NCBI RefSeq assembly: GCF_009914755.1
Contig: NC_060937.1
Origin: the human T2T-CHM13v2.0 reference genome, Homo sapiens
DNA: 64,000 bases
Strand: one strand, 5' to 3'
Program-made: the position numbers and the translations under genes
The notes under the pieces: generated by a model
The model's input: the letters and a program-made list of their open reading frames with translations, nothing else
Database searches by the model: none
What the model was told of the DNA's origin: nothing
Shown here: piece by piece, positions 32,658-46,783 of the stretch
How the letters are laid out: each line of letters starts with the position of its first letter
How positions within the stretch are numbered: position 1 is the first letter of the stretch

Positions 32658-34046
32658 TTATTGAATTATGTAGCCTTCTCCAGTATTGACTAAACTGGTA
32701 AAAATACAACAGCATAATTATGAATTATTCATAAATCAAATAAGTACATTCACAGCACCGGGCTAACATATGACATTAAAGAAAGTGCCAATGTCTAATA
32801 AGATTCATATGATACAAAAGGGAAGGAGGACAAGCCCATATGCCTGATATCTAACTAGTAACTAGTTCTCAATGGAAATTTAATTTTTGTCTTTGCTGCA
32901 TCCTGGTTATTCTCTGCCTGCCCCTTCAACTGTTTGACTTTGTGTACCCTGCTCTGTGCTTTGGAGGCTGACCCCACAAATTATATGACTTGGACTTTCT
33001 TGCTGGCCCCAGTTCCTGCTGCACTTGGTTAAAAGGATGATGGGGGAGAAAGGTTATGGTGTTTCTTCTCTGCTTCCTATCTGGGGCATCTCTCTGGCTG
33101 CCTCGACAATGCCCACTCTCTATAATGGCCTTCATGAAAGTTTCTTGATTGAACCAGCTGAGTGGGGCCCCGTTTTCTGCCAGGACTCTGAGTCAGGCCC
33201 AGCTGTGACAGTTGTAGGGGCCAGTGTAAGAACATTATCAGAGGCCTATATATTATATTCTTAGGATTTAAAAGTGGTCAGTTATTTGAAATCTGGCCAA
33301 CAAACTGTTAACTAAAATATATTATGCCTTCCTACTGTGAAAAATATCCCTTTGTAATGAATGATCTAGGAGACCCGCACACACTTAGGATTCTCAGACG
33401 TTTTCAGAATTCCACGTAGGAACAGGGTAGCCCAGGGTGAACTGGCCCTCAGCCCTTGGTGCCCAGCTGGAGCCCACCCCCATTCTGCTCTACCCCTTGC
33501 ACCACCCTGCTCAGAAAGGGTCATTACAGGGTGTGGAACAGCCCCACCCTGTGATTCCAAAGTCCAGCCACACCCTTTAGAAGGAGTCGCCCCTTGGCTC
33601 CTTCCTTGGTCTACAGGTGAGCACACTGGGCACAGTCCACCCTCAGGAGAAGGTGGCTGAGGAAGAGGATCATCCAGGCCCTTACTGGACATAAGCCCAG
33701 AACTGGGCTGGGAATTGCAGGGACCCAGGTGGGCAGAGTTCAGTCTAGAAGGAAGGAGATGTGGTGAGCTCCCAGTGGGCATCTCCCACTTGGCCCTGAG
33801 AGCTCCTTTCTTCTTAGGGCGGGGCACGGCCCAGAGCCGAGGGAGCTCTCTAAAGTACAAGGCCCTAGGCAGGGGCTCCCTTGCAAGAGTGTAAGCCTTT
33901 CCCTCACAGAGCTTACCACTTTATTCAAAAGGAGATCCGTGCATAAAAAGGGCTGTAGAATATTCTGAAGCATTAAACATTGATTGTACACAGATTTGAG
34001 TTTGTAAAGATGGTAGATTCATATTTCTTAAGCAAATTAAACTCAC

Positions 34047-34130
34047 CTTGTTCAGTCGAACGAACCACTTTTGACAACATGGACCGTAGAACAGAGAATG
34101 GCACAATAGTGAAAAGGAACGGCACCCTGG
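34047..34130 (-). CDS. SLC46A3: SLC46A3 exon 4
   Basis: tctcacag|CCAGG...CAAG|gtgagt; ARVPFLFTIVPFSVLRSMLSKVVRSTEQG; 84 nt with consistent phase. Confidence 0.96.
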
Positions 34131-34428
34131 CTGTGAGAGAAAGGATTCAAAATCACTGGCTGATTCTGAAAGCTAATGGCCAATTTAAAATAGGAAACAC
34201 TTTCACTCTGTCTAAATACTTCCTTTTCTACAAGCATCCTAACTCATTGTATCTAAAAATTGAATTAATTAATTGTAGAACTCTGTTTGATGAATTAAAG
34301 TAGACTATGGACAGGTCAGTTTAAGGTTACTTTACTCTAGAATTCTTATTCCAGTACAGAGAACAAGAGTTCATGTAATTTTTAGGTCTAGATCTATTTA
34401 TATAATCTGCCGATTAAGACTGATCTGC

Positions 34429-34754
<326 letters not shown>

Positions 34755-35966
34755 CTAATTATATATTAACCTCTTATTTAGCAAATTGAGACTGCTAATT
34801 CATTTTTGTTTGTGCTTTTTTCAGACTTGGCACTCTTAGTGTTAGCATGCCTTTATTATATTGATTTATTTATTGGTAAACTGGTTCTTTATCATCTTGC
34901 CTGTTCATCTTTGTGGCAGAATAACTTCATAAACACAAATTACCTCTGGTCTTCAGTTATGACCCTTAATAGTCAGTAGTTTTAATTACATCATAAAATA
35001 GTAAAATATGACATTAGCAGACCACTTTACAATTCTCAAAGTGTTTTCACATAGATTAACTTACCTGACCTTGGCAGCTCTTAGGGGGACAGGGAGAAAA
35101 ACTGGCTATTATTGAATAGTAGGGATTGTGCCAAGCGAGTGCTTGACAGCTACCTAATGTTCACTGTAATCCTCTAAATTAGGTAGTACCATGCCCATTT
35201 TACAGATGAGAAAATGAGGGCTGAGAGTAGTTCAGTAACTTGCCCAAGATCATCTAGTACTATAGATGGAAGTTAGGCCCAATTCTATTTGGTCACACTG
35301 CTTCCCTGCAAGATAGTAAGGGGTTAACACTTTTATTAGAGAAAAGAGTAAATTGGACCTTTCCCAGAGTCTCATTTTATAGTTCCACAGCCTTTTTCAA
35401 TGCAGTATCTCATTTGAATCCTGCAAAAACAGTTATAAGGTAGGTAGTTAAGGAAGCAGTCTAATTTGCCAACCAGCAATTCATCAAAAATCAATTTATG
35501 AAATGGCCAATTTGCTGAAAGATCAATTTGCAAAACCTGTCTTTAAAAAATTTCTTCTTGAATATATTAAATTGATATAGTTTTTTTCTTATAAGTATTT
35601 TTAGTATACTTTATATCATTGTCCTAAATATTTTTATGGGAAGTAGTCTTATTAGCAGCATTTTAAGAAATCTTCACTTTAATGAAAGCTATATTGAAGA
35701 ACTGATTCATAAGAAGAATGTTCCTCAAAACAATTTTGAGGCAAATATACACATTTGGGAAATTGTGGTTATTCAGTGGATTAAATTTTTAAAGTGAATT
35801 CGGCTTTTGGCTTATTGACTCCTGGCAAACTAGTTATTACCCTTTAATTGAACTAGAATGGCTTAAATAGAGGGCTTTAGATTAAAGTTTCTCCCCCAGT
35901 AGACTAAATTCATTTTATATGAATATCAAATACATAGTTAGTTCTAAAGCTACACTTGGAACTCAC

Positions 35967-36837
35967 CTAAAAACATCATCAGTGTTGTACTGGCAAACGC
36001 GGTCATAGCCATTCCTGTCATCGTGGTAAAAATCCCAATGAAGGCCATATGAATATCTTCCATACAATAAGAAAAAAGCCATATTCCTAGGAAACTAGTC
36101 AAAAAAGAGGCACTACCCAAAGCTGATCCATAACCTATAAAAACTTCATTCCAGCAGAGTGGTGAATCCAATTCATAAAGGATAAAAATTGGGGCAATGC
36201 CAATTACCACAAAAAAATAAGTGATTACTGTAAAAAGTAACAAACAGAGCAAAAATCGTCTCTTACCAGAAGCATTCTTAAAAAGCATGTAAGTTCGGTA
36301 AAATAGGTTTTTGAAGCCTTCACTACATGACATAGTAACATTCTGAGATGAACACTCTTTCACTGGATCTCCGAGAAAAAATAAAATATAGATCAAATTA
36401 ACAGCAAGAGACACAGCAATAATTAGAAACGACCACTCAAAACCTAGCTCTCTAATAAAATAGCCAGATGACAGTCCTGTTAGTCCAGTAACAAGTCCAA
36501 GTAGAAAGTCAATGATAGCTATTCGAATTGTTTTTTGTTTGTGTTCTTTACACTGATCAACTATATAGGCAAAGCAAGCTCCCCAAAATGTGGTATAATT
36601 GCCACAAAATGCACCAATGAAGGTAGATGCAATCAAAAGCTGGAATGGAAAGGCAAAATAGCAAAGCAAACAGAGCCAAACGCTGGTTGCAAGAGCACCA
36701 ACGGAAGACAAAATCATAGGGAATTTTCGTCCGTAGTGATCACTAATAGACAAAAGTATGAATGTAGACACTAGACCAGGAATTAATCCACTTATGTCCA
36801 TCTGCAGATTAAAACGTGACACTTTTTTCTGAACTTC
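35967..36837 (-). CDS. SLC46A3: SLC46A3 exon 3 (871 nt)
   Basis: ttgcag|GAAGTT...TTAG|gtgagt; multi-TM MFS sequence with an SDHYGRK motif-A-like segment. Confidence 0.97.
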
Positions 36838-37010
36838 CTGCAAAGAAATATAAAGAAGACAATGTGTTTACAGTAGTTAACACAACGTGTATAAAAATAT
36901 CATGGTGCATATGCTTTTTTCCCTGTGGCCAGTAGGTTATGGGTGGGGAATCTCTGGTGGATGGGCGGGACTAATAGAGCTTACATTTTCATTCAGTTTA
37001 TAAAGCAATG

Positions 37011-37454
<444 letters not shown>

Positions 37455-37615
37455 TTAGGGAGAGCTTGGCTGTTGCCCTTATTTTTTTTTTTTACCTATG
37501 TCTTCACAGATAGATTAGTGAGAAACATCTTCCTTTATTTACTAAATAAAAGAATTTAAAATAAGATAAAATTGAAAGAGGAGACTTACACTGTCTACAG
37601 ATGGTAGCATACCGT

Positions 37616-38300
<685 letters not shown>

Positions 38301-38865
38301 TTAAAAAACAGATGTAAACCGTTTTTAGTCATTGAATGAATCACTGAAGGCGATGGTGGTGCCTCCTGGGAAACAAAAATGTTCCTTTGTCCTAAGGAGC
38401 AAACAGAGAGTAGGCCACCACTCCAGCGTGGGTGGCAGGTGAGGGTAGGGGTGGTTTCTGGTTCCCAGAGGTCTAAGAGCACCAACTTTAAGGGAAGGGA
38501 TCTAGAGTAGTAGGTTCTCTTGAATATTAATCCAATTAAGAAACAATAAATGAAAAAGTCAATTTGAAAATTCGGCAAAAATCTTTGACATGAGACCACT
38601 GCTGTGGGCAGTAGGGGGCTCTCAGCAGCTGGGCCAGGCTGGAGGTGGGCCAACACTTGCCCCCTGTATGGTTGCAGAAGCCACCAAGCTGGCTGGACCA
38701 AGGCCCGTCTTCCCTCAGTCCAAGAGGGCAAGAGCAGCAGACTTTCCCAGACATTCTTGTCCTCTCCTCCCTGGTCCCTCCCACTGCAACCAGGGGGCCT
38801 GCTCCTACAGGTCAGCCAAAAGAAAGCACAGAATCAAATACAGAAATTGATGAGCCTGTAAGAAG

Positions 38866-39147
38866 AAATTTGTTAAAGGATACAAAATTACAGCTAGACA
38901 GGAGGAATAAGTTCTGGTGTTCTGTAGCACCACAGGGTGACTACAGTTAACAGTAATATGTTATATAGTTTCAAATAGCAAGAAGGAGGGTATTGAATGT
39001 TCCCAACACAAAGAAATGAGAGATGTCTGAGTTGATGGATATGCTAATTAGCCTGATCTGATCACTATACATTGTATGTATCAAAACACCACTGTATACT
39101 CCATGAATATGTACAATGATTATCTGTCAATTAAAAAAATAAAATAA
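38866..39147 (+). mobile_element. L1MA 3' end
   Basis: ggatacaaaattacagctagacaggaggaataagttctggtg...tcaattaaaaaaataaaa. Confidence 0.8.
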
Positions 39148-39447
39148 GACCGGGCACGGTGGCTCACGCCTGTAATCCCAACACTTTGAGAGGACCAGAC
39201 AGGAGGCTCACTTGAGGCCACGAGTTCAAGGCCAGCCTGGGAAACAGAGGAAGACCCTGTCTCTACAAAAAAAAAAAAAAAAAAATCAAAAATTAGCTGA
39301 GTGTAGTGGCACGTGCCTGTAGTCCCAGCTACTCAGGAGGCTGAGGTGAGAGGATCCCTTGAGCCTAGGAGTTCAAAGTTGCAGCGAGCTATTACCACGC
39401 CACTCCACTCCAGCGTGGGCAGCAGAATGAGACCCTGTCTCAAAAAG
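39148..39447 (+). mobile_element. Alu (AluJ-like)
   Basis: Diverged dimer. Confidence 0.9.
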
Positions 39448-41090
39448 TACCATACATGCATAAATACATAATAAACAAAATAAAATAAAAAACACTTCAG
39501 GTGATTCCCATGTCCAGTCAAGGTTAAAAAACACTGTGTTAGAGGTTCCAGGATGGGATTCAAGTATGTATATTAACAAACGTCTCCAGAGCCGAAATCT
39601 GAAGAGCATCCCTGCTGTAGGACCCCAACTTTGAAACTAAGAGGATTTGTTAAACTCTATTCTGTTTATGTGTGTTTTTCTCAACCTAGAGAGACTCTGG
39701 GCTTCTCGGGTTCAGAGCCGTTTTGCTTATCCTTGTCACCACAGGATAATGTGTGATAAACATTTGTTTAATGCATGAATAAACACTTAAAAAAAGAAAC
39801 TGTGAGCCGATCGAAGCTTCTCACTCCCGGGAATGACCTAGGAGACATTCTTGAAGGGAGATAAGACCGCTGGGTGAGACTCAGGGCCCTTTTTTTTTAT
39901 GACCTTACTCTACGCCAGAACCTTGATGTCTTCCAGGCTGCTCAGAAATAATCACTCCCAAGAAAACGTTTCCCATGGGAATGAGGAAATGAGTAAGATT
40001 AGGGATTGTGCCAAATTGCCTAACCTCACCCCAGCAAGGTTCCACCTGACACCTCGGGAAGTGCTAGAACCTTGCCTCTGGGGCGGTTTGCCATTTCCTC
40101 CTTCTCAGGCTCTTCTCCCAGTCACAGAGACTCACAGAGCCAGCAGGAGGTGACTCAATTCCTTTTAATTCATTTCATCTTTCACTGGGAAGGCAGCACC
40201 ACTCCTTTACAATCACAAAATATCCCCCAGAAGAAGAGTTTAGAGTTTACAGGTGTGATTTGTTTTTGAGGCATTGTAGGAAAAAAAAAAAAATTTCCAA
40301 ACCTGGATACTATCTCTTTGCATTTTGAAATGGTAGACTTTTGTCAAAAACTGCCCAAGGGACCAGGAGAATGGTGAAGTGCCTGCCTCCTGTTTTACAC
40401 ACAAAAAAACTGGGGAGATTGCTGGAGAGGGAGGAAGAAAGCCTCCTTAATATCTGGCTAAACATCTTTGGTGTCAACGGTGGGTACTCCCCACTCCAGA
40501 TGTCCCCACACAGCTGCTCCTCAACACGTGAGAGCCAAGGCTGATTTGATACCACCACCAAATAATAAATGCTCCTCCACCCCACCCTGTGACAGACACT
40601 GGCTCACAATCTTCAGTGATGGGCCACTTTCTAGAGTCCCTGAAAGCTGGGACATGCAGAAACAGTAAAAGGATTGGGGAAGAATAGAGCAAGTGAGAGA
40701 CAGAAACACCATGTTTCAGCCACCCCTGTCCACCAAGTAGCTCATTCCAGCCTGCCCTGCCCCAATTTTCAGACTTTTTTTTTTTTTTTTTAGGACAAAG
40801 CAAGGAGACAGCCACAGAAGAGATGACACTGTGGTGAAATTTTCCGAGAGAAAGGAGAAGAGCTAGTGTCACAGAGCAGGAGGGTGTTTTAAGAAGAAGA
40901 GGCAGATTTGAAAGGTGTCAGGAAACTTCAAATGAGGTGAGTTCCCAGTAAAGGCCATTAGGTTTGGGATTTAGGACTTTGATGGCCGCCCTAGAGAGAC
41001 CAATGGATGATGAGTTCACGGTCCTCTTTGACTCAAAGCCCGGTATACATTCCCATTTTATTAAATACTATGGATATTGTAATTTCTTAC

Positions 41091-41279
41091 CTCCTGGAAT
41101 GCAAAAATTGGGCTGCTTTTGTTTTTTTCACACTCAGAAATATTGCTATCAGATGAAAAAGTGTAGTTGCCAGTTTCTTCCCATATTCTCCGATAAACAT
41201 ATTGCGTTGTCAGTGGACCGGTCAAAGTCATAGCAAATGCACTAAGGAAAATGGCAGGTTCTACAAATAAAATCTTCAT
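41091..41279 (-). CDS. SLC46A3: SLC46A3 exon 2 coding part (start codon); the exon begins at 41303
   Basis: Acceptor tttttatag at 41305/41304; MKILFVEPAIFLSAFAMTLTGPL...FAFQE; donor GAG|gtaaga. Confidence 0.97.
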
Positions 41280-41776
41280 ATTGCCTGGGTAGGTAGCTGT
41301 ATTCTATAAAAAGTGAAAACGGAGAAAGATCATCTGTCTCATCCCAGAGGCTAGATATTCAAAGATGGGTAAGTTTGAGCAATTTTGTGGAGTAAATGTT
41401 TAAACAAGCAAACTAGAGAACAGAAAAGGCAGTAAGCACTTTCTCAGAGAATAACTTTTACTTTGGAGTAGAGTACTCTGTAACAACCTGAGGCTGCCAT
41501 GCTTTCCATTTTTATGAGTAGGACATTGTAGGACTCAAGCCGCCTTTGAGTCTTTGAAATCATAAACTGTCACCCATCTTGGTTAGCCAATGATCACAGT
41601 ACAGTTCCCACACTGTATATTGCCAACTGATTTTTCGTAAGTTCAACAATGAGGTTCCTTTTGGGAAGCGACAGTTGCACAATTGTTATTGTTATTTTGC
41701 TGCGTATTAAAAACGGACAGGGAGGGGGCGTTTTAAAAAGCAGCTCCCAATCGAAAGGGCCTTATTTTTAACTCAC

Positions 41777-42280
41777 CCCACGATTACAGTCTTCCTGCCA
41801 GGCTGGGTACAGGTCGGGCCGTGCCAGGGGCTGTCGCCTCGGATGCCCTGCGCTCGTGCGCGCCCGGGTTCAAGGGCAGCCTCTGGACTGGGGCAACAGA
41901 GGACGCGCCGGGGACAGTAACCTCGGACTACGCGGCCGGCGCTGGGGTGGGGAGAGTACTTTCCCGTCGAACTCGACCAAATTACGCTTGTCGGGGAGTC
42001 TCAAGCGTATTGTAAGGCAAACCTCGGCAAGCGCACTTCCGCGTCCCGAGTGACACCTGCAGGGTTCTCCGGCAGCCCTCGGCTTCCCCGCGGCCCTGCG
42101 GACCTCGGCCTCAGCGCGGCGCGGCGGGGCGCGGAGCAGCTGCTCCTTCTGCGCAGTGGACAATCGGCCAATCGGCGCCTCCGTCGGTCGGTCAGCGGCC
42201 CTGCCAGCGCTAGGCGATGACTCGGCCGCAGCCAGCTGAGCATCGCTGTCCGCCGAGGAGGCGGGGTCGGCTGCCGCGGC
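41777..42280 (-). other. SLC46A3: SLC46A3 non-coding exon 1 (5' end uncertain)
   Basis: Strong donor GGG|gtgagt at 41777/41776 at the edge of the CpG island; a weaker possible donor CAG|gtgtca near 42057. Confidence 0.65.
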
Positions 42281-42620
42281 GCTGTCACTGTTCTACCCGG
42301 CTCTCCTGCGATTGGGCCCAGCGGTCGGTGCCCCAGCGGCGATTGGTCCACCCGGACGTCACTCTCCCCTGGAGAGTGGCTAGTGGATCGTGCACCCACC
42401 CTCGGAGGCCCGGAGTGGATCCCGCGCGACCGAGCAGCCACTCAGCACCGCTGTTGAGTGGTGGGCCGCGCCGCAGGCTCAACAGCTCTGGAGTTGCAAA
42501 GCATTTCTGAATCCGAATATCCTTTCTCATAGAAACACATAAAACAACAGTTGGAAAAGTAACATGTTTGGGCTGTAGCCCCCAGCAGGATCCCGGTCGG
42601 CCCGCAGAAGAGGGGAATGG
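41800..42620. promoter_or_regulatory. SLC46A3: CpG-island promoter of SLC46A3
   Basis: Dense CpG; CCAAT boxes (about 42168 on +; 42311-15 and 42342-46 on -); GC box; CRE-like TGACGTCC at 42354-61; E-box CACGTG at 42764-69 nearby. Confidence 0.88.
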
Positions 42621-42848
42621 GCGCAGGTGGAGGGCATAGGAAAGAGAGTGCTCAATGCAGAGTTAGCGGAGGGTTGGAATGTGGTCGCTGGCTTTTCCTG
42701 GGGAGGGGAGGGGGGACTTGGGCAAATCGTTAAATTTTCATGAACCTCCATGTCTTTATCTGCCACGTGGGGATGATAAGTCTTACAGGGTTGTCTAATT
42801 AAACACTCAGCATGTATACACAACACAGCCCCTGGACATAGGAGGAGT

Positions 42849-43395
42849 TGTCAGTGCTCTCCAACACACCCACCAGGAACAACTTGTAGTAAAAGAATTG
42901 AGCTACTACTTCTTGAAGCCAGGAGAAATGCATGCATGAGGAACCGTGGGGGCATCTCAGTAAGAAGGTGTTAGAATTTACTATGGGCTTGCGTTATGTG
43001 ATTTTGGGAAGAGTTCAAGAAAGCAAGGCCTTACTCTGGATTGGTTGCTGTCAGGAAATGGCAGTAATTCTATGATTGGGTATCTTAATAAGTCTTATTT
43101 AGGAGTCAAGACTAGACAGAGGCTAAAGCCATGAATGATAAAGAAGCAACAGTCACACATATTTGTCATTTTTGTGGTTTAGACAGTGCCTAAATTTTGT
43201 CCGTGTTCAGACAAAATTATGACGTGGTCTTGTTTTTGTCTTGATCATGGTTACAGAATGCTCTTGTCTGACTTTGGTGTTCCGTGAAATTGTTTTCATT
43301 CGACAGAACACCATGGTCCAGAAAAGTTCTTAGCAACACCAAGGCCCAGCTGATAGTTCCAGCACCTGGATGTCAGAGCTGCTTTCTCTTCCTCA
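42849..43395 (-). mobile_element. MER67-like ERV1 solo LTR
   Basis: Minus strand reads TGAGGAAGAGAAAGCAGCTCTGACATCC...GATCAAGACAAAAACAAGACCAC...GCACTGACA. Confidence 0.7.
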
Positions 43396-43692
43396 GCACT
43401 CCTTAAATGACAGTTGTGTCACTGAATGCAGAGTTAAACGTCTTAGGTTTGAGTCCTAACTGATACTTAGTAGCTGGTAACCTTGGACTTGCCACTTAAT
43501 CTTACTTCCCAGCTTCTTCAAATCAGCATTTATGAAGCACTTGTTATGAGTTTCAAACAATGGAGCATGGATATTGGAAAGAAGATAAACAAACATGAGT
43601 AAGATACAGTTTGCAAGGAAGACATAATATTTTAAGTTGCAGTACTTTGTACTAAGTACTATATTATTCTAAACGGCACTTAGAAGATGTCC

Positions 43693-43992
43693 TTTTTTTT
43701 TTTTTTTTTTTTGAGGTGGAGTCTCGCTCTGTCACCCAGGCCGGAGTGCAGTTGCAGGATCTTGGCTCACTGCAACCTCCGCCTCCCGGATTCAAGCAAT
43801 GATCCTGCCTCAGCCTCCTGAGTAGCTGGGGTTACAAGTGTGCGCCACCATGGCCGGCTAATTTTTGTATTTTTAGTAGAGACAGGGTTTCACCATGTTG
43901 ACCAGGATGATCTTGAACTCCTGACCTCAGGGGACCTGCCCACCTCAGCCTCCCAAAGTGCTGGGATTACAGGCATGCGCCACCGTGCCCTG
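43693..43992 (-). mobile_element. Alu (AluS), TSD gaa[g/a]atgtccttt
   Basis: Full dimer with a flanking repeat. Confidence 0.93.
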
Positions 43993-44542
43993 CTGAAAAT
44001 GTCCTTTCTTATGGGGCAAAAATAATTAATGTCCAATATACTTCCACGCTTTGCATTCCTACTCTTCCACACGAAGAAGAAAGCCAGGTCTTCTTAATGA
44101 GTTCTGCTGCTGATCGCTATGGTGACAACAGTCATTTTTTTTTTGTATTTTTTCAAAGAGAATTTTAATGTGAAAAATTAGCAGAGTTTCTGCCTTCACA
44201 ATTAGAGTTTAACATGAGTCTTCCAGTGTTTTAAAAAGAACTGTAATATACGTAAAGCAAAATATTTTGGCATCATCTAGTGAAAACAGACAATGTGGTA
44301 TTTTTTCAGCCATCTCATATAGTTAGGCCCTGAGTTATAATTTGAGATAAGTGATTCCTAAACAGAATGTGCTTTACAGAATGTGACCAATTATATTACT
44401 CCCAAGGACCTTGTTTCAGATTATATTAAAACCAGAGTTCACTGATCTCACATTTTAAAAAGAAAAAAAGTTTGTTAACTGTTTTAATCAACATAAGTAG
44501 TAACAAACATCCCTAATTGGATTCTAGAGAGGAAGCAGGGAG

Positions 44543-44842
44543 GGCCAGGCATGTGGCTCATGCCTGTAATCCCAGCACTTTGGGAGGCCGAGGCGGGTGG
44601 ATCACGAGGTCAGGAGTTCAAGACCAGCCTAGCCAAAAGAGTGAAACCCTGTCTCTACTAAAAATACAAAAATTAGCCAGGCGTGGTGGCAGGTGCCTGT
44701 AATCCCAACTACTCAGGAGGCTGATGTAGACAATTGCTTAAACCCGGGAGGCGGAGGATGCAGTGAGCTGAGATCGCGCCACTGCACTCCAGCCTGGGCG
44801 ACAGAGCGAGACTCCATCTCAAAAAAAAAAAAAAAAAAAAAA
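44543..44842 (+). mobile_element. Alu (AluS) inside the pseudogene 3'UTR
   Basis: TSD agagaggaagcaggga at 44526-41 and 44848-63. Confidence 0.93.
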
Positions 44843-46649
44843 GAGAGAGAGAGGAAGCAGGGAACAACTGAGCCAAAACAAAATTATCCCCTAAGGACTT
44901 GACTTTGGACTTCCACATAAATGTGACCTTGAAGACCTAGATACATATTTATCAGGTAAATATGTAATTATTTCGTAATTAGATCAAGATACATGAGCAG
45001 TTTTTGGCATTAATAATTACATTATTTTTAGGAAATCTTATCAAATATGGTCCCGGATCTCTTAATTTCCTATATTCAGTGATTTTAGTTAAAATTCCAA
45101 AGGATATTTTTTTTCTACAACATCTCCATTTCTGAGTATCATCATACCAAAAGAATTAGTATTCTCTCATTCAAGGCTTTAGATGTTCAATTATTCCCTG
45201 CCCTTCCATCCTCACCCACACAATAATTGCCCAGATAAATAATAACCTGAGGTTTCCAAGTATCTCACCGGGATTTTTATTCTTTATACCTTGCAGGACT
45301 AGTCCAAGATTTGAATACCCTGAACTTATTTGGCAAGAGCTAAGAGTACTCTTAAAATTACTACCTGGAAATTATATTATTTAGAATCTGCCAATTACCT
45401 AGATCCTCCTGAACAATTGTTTTACTAATGAACTTCCTGAAAGCACATGTATAAGTATCATAGCTATTAGAAAATGTTTCAAATGCTATTATATTTGATA
45501 GAACCATTCAGTTAACAAAATACTAAATCATAAACTGGCTTTTAGAATTACACACTCAAAAAAAACAGTACACTACAAGAGTTGTTTTGTACACTTCATT
45601 CTCTTCGAATGCCTTTGTGGCTTACAGTGATGATCACATATATTGGTTCCTTGCAACCTTTTTCATTTTGATCTTCGTTTGTAATGGATAAGTGGGTTTT
45701 CAGGGGTGTGAATCATAGTTGTATAATTCACGATGGGAAAATATCCATCAATGAGATCAAATTCATATAAACGAAGCATAGTGGACCAAATTGTCTTAAT
45801 TTGAACATAGGCAAAATTTTCCCCAATTCAACGATGACACCCAGCTCCAAATGGCACATAGGCAAACTTTTCCCCTGATGCTGGGTTATCCTGTAAGTAG
45901 CAATCAGGATTAAAGTCCAGGCGTTCTACCCATGAGTCTTTAGGTCTTTGATTGACAGTGGGAGAAACACACACCTGATGTCCTGGAGGAATGGTATACC
46001 CTACCACAGTCTGAGGAGTTCTGGCCATTCTCATCATGATCATTATAGGAGGTCTAAGTCTTAATGTTTCTTTTATACAGCGATCAAGTAAATTTAGATC
46101 CTTGAGTTGGTCATAAGTTAAAGGAGGCAGATTCTCTCCACAGACTGTTTTCTGTTCTAAATAACATTTTTCTTGAAGTGTTTTGTCTCTGGCCAAAAAG
46201 AAGTCCATCCAAGCACTAGTAGTTGAGGATGAATGCTGCCCTGCCAAGAGTAATCCAATAAGCATCCCTGCTACTTCATCATCAGTCAAAGGACGCCCAT
46301 CCTTGTATGTAGCATCTAGTAAAGTTTGGAGAATGTCATCAATTTTTTCTTGAGACTGTCTGCGTTTCTGGATTGCCTTATAGAAAATATCCTTGATTTC
46401 CCAATGAGCTCTGTCCCTGCATCTGAAACTAGGCAAAGGCAGCCAACCTGGTAAGAGCCAGGCTGCATGGCTGAAACCTCCATCCAAATCTGCATACAGC
46501 TGTGCTACCTTTTCATTGAGTTGACTTCTGATTTCCTTTCCATGCAAACAGTGGCTAGCTGTTAAAATTATGAGCTCAGAAAGAGCTTCAAACACATTTT
46601 TTTCTCCACTTTCTCCCCAACTCTGAAAGTACTCCTTTGTTTCTTTTTC

Positions 46650-46783
46650 TTTTTTTTTTTATTATACTTTAAGTTTTAGGGTACATGTGCACATTGTGCA
46701 GGTTAGTTACATATGTATACATGTGCCATGCTGGTGCGCTGCACCCACTAACTTGTCATCTAGCATTAGGTATATCTCCCAAT
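46650..46783 (-). mobile_element. ~130-bp 5'-truncated young L1 inserted in the CYP51A1P2 CDS
   Basis: poly-T followed by attatactttaagttttagggtacatgtgcac...ggtatatctcccaat, the L1PA/L1HS 3' end. Confidence 0.95.

Noticed and set aside
45828-46595. 255-aa CYP51 ORF as a real gene
   Set aside because: Intronless, TSD-flanked, frameshifted, L1-interrupted and lacking the heme Cys.
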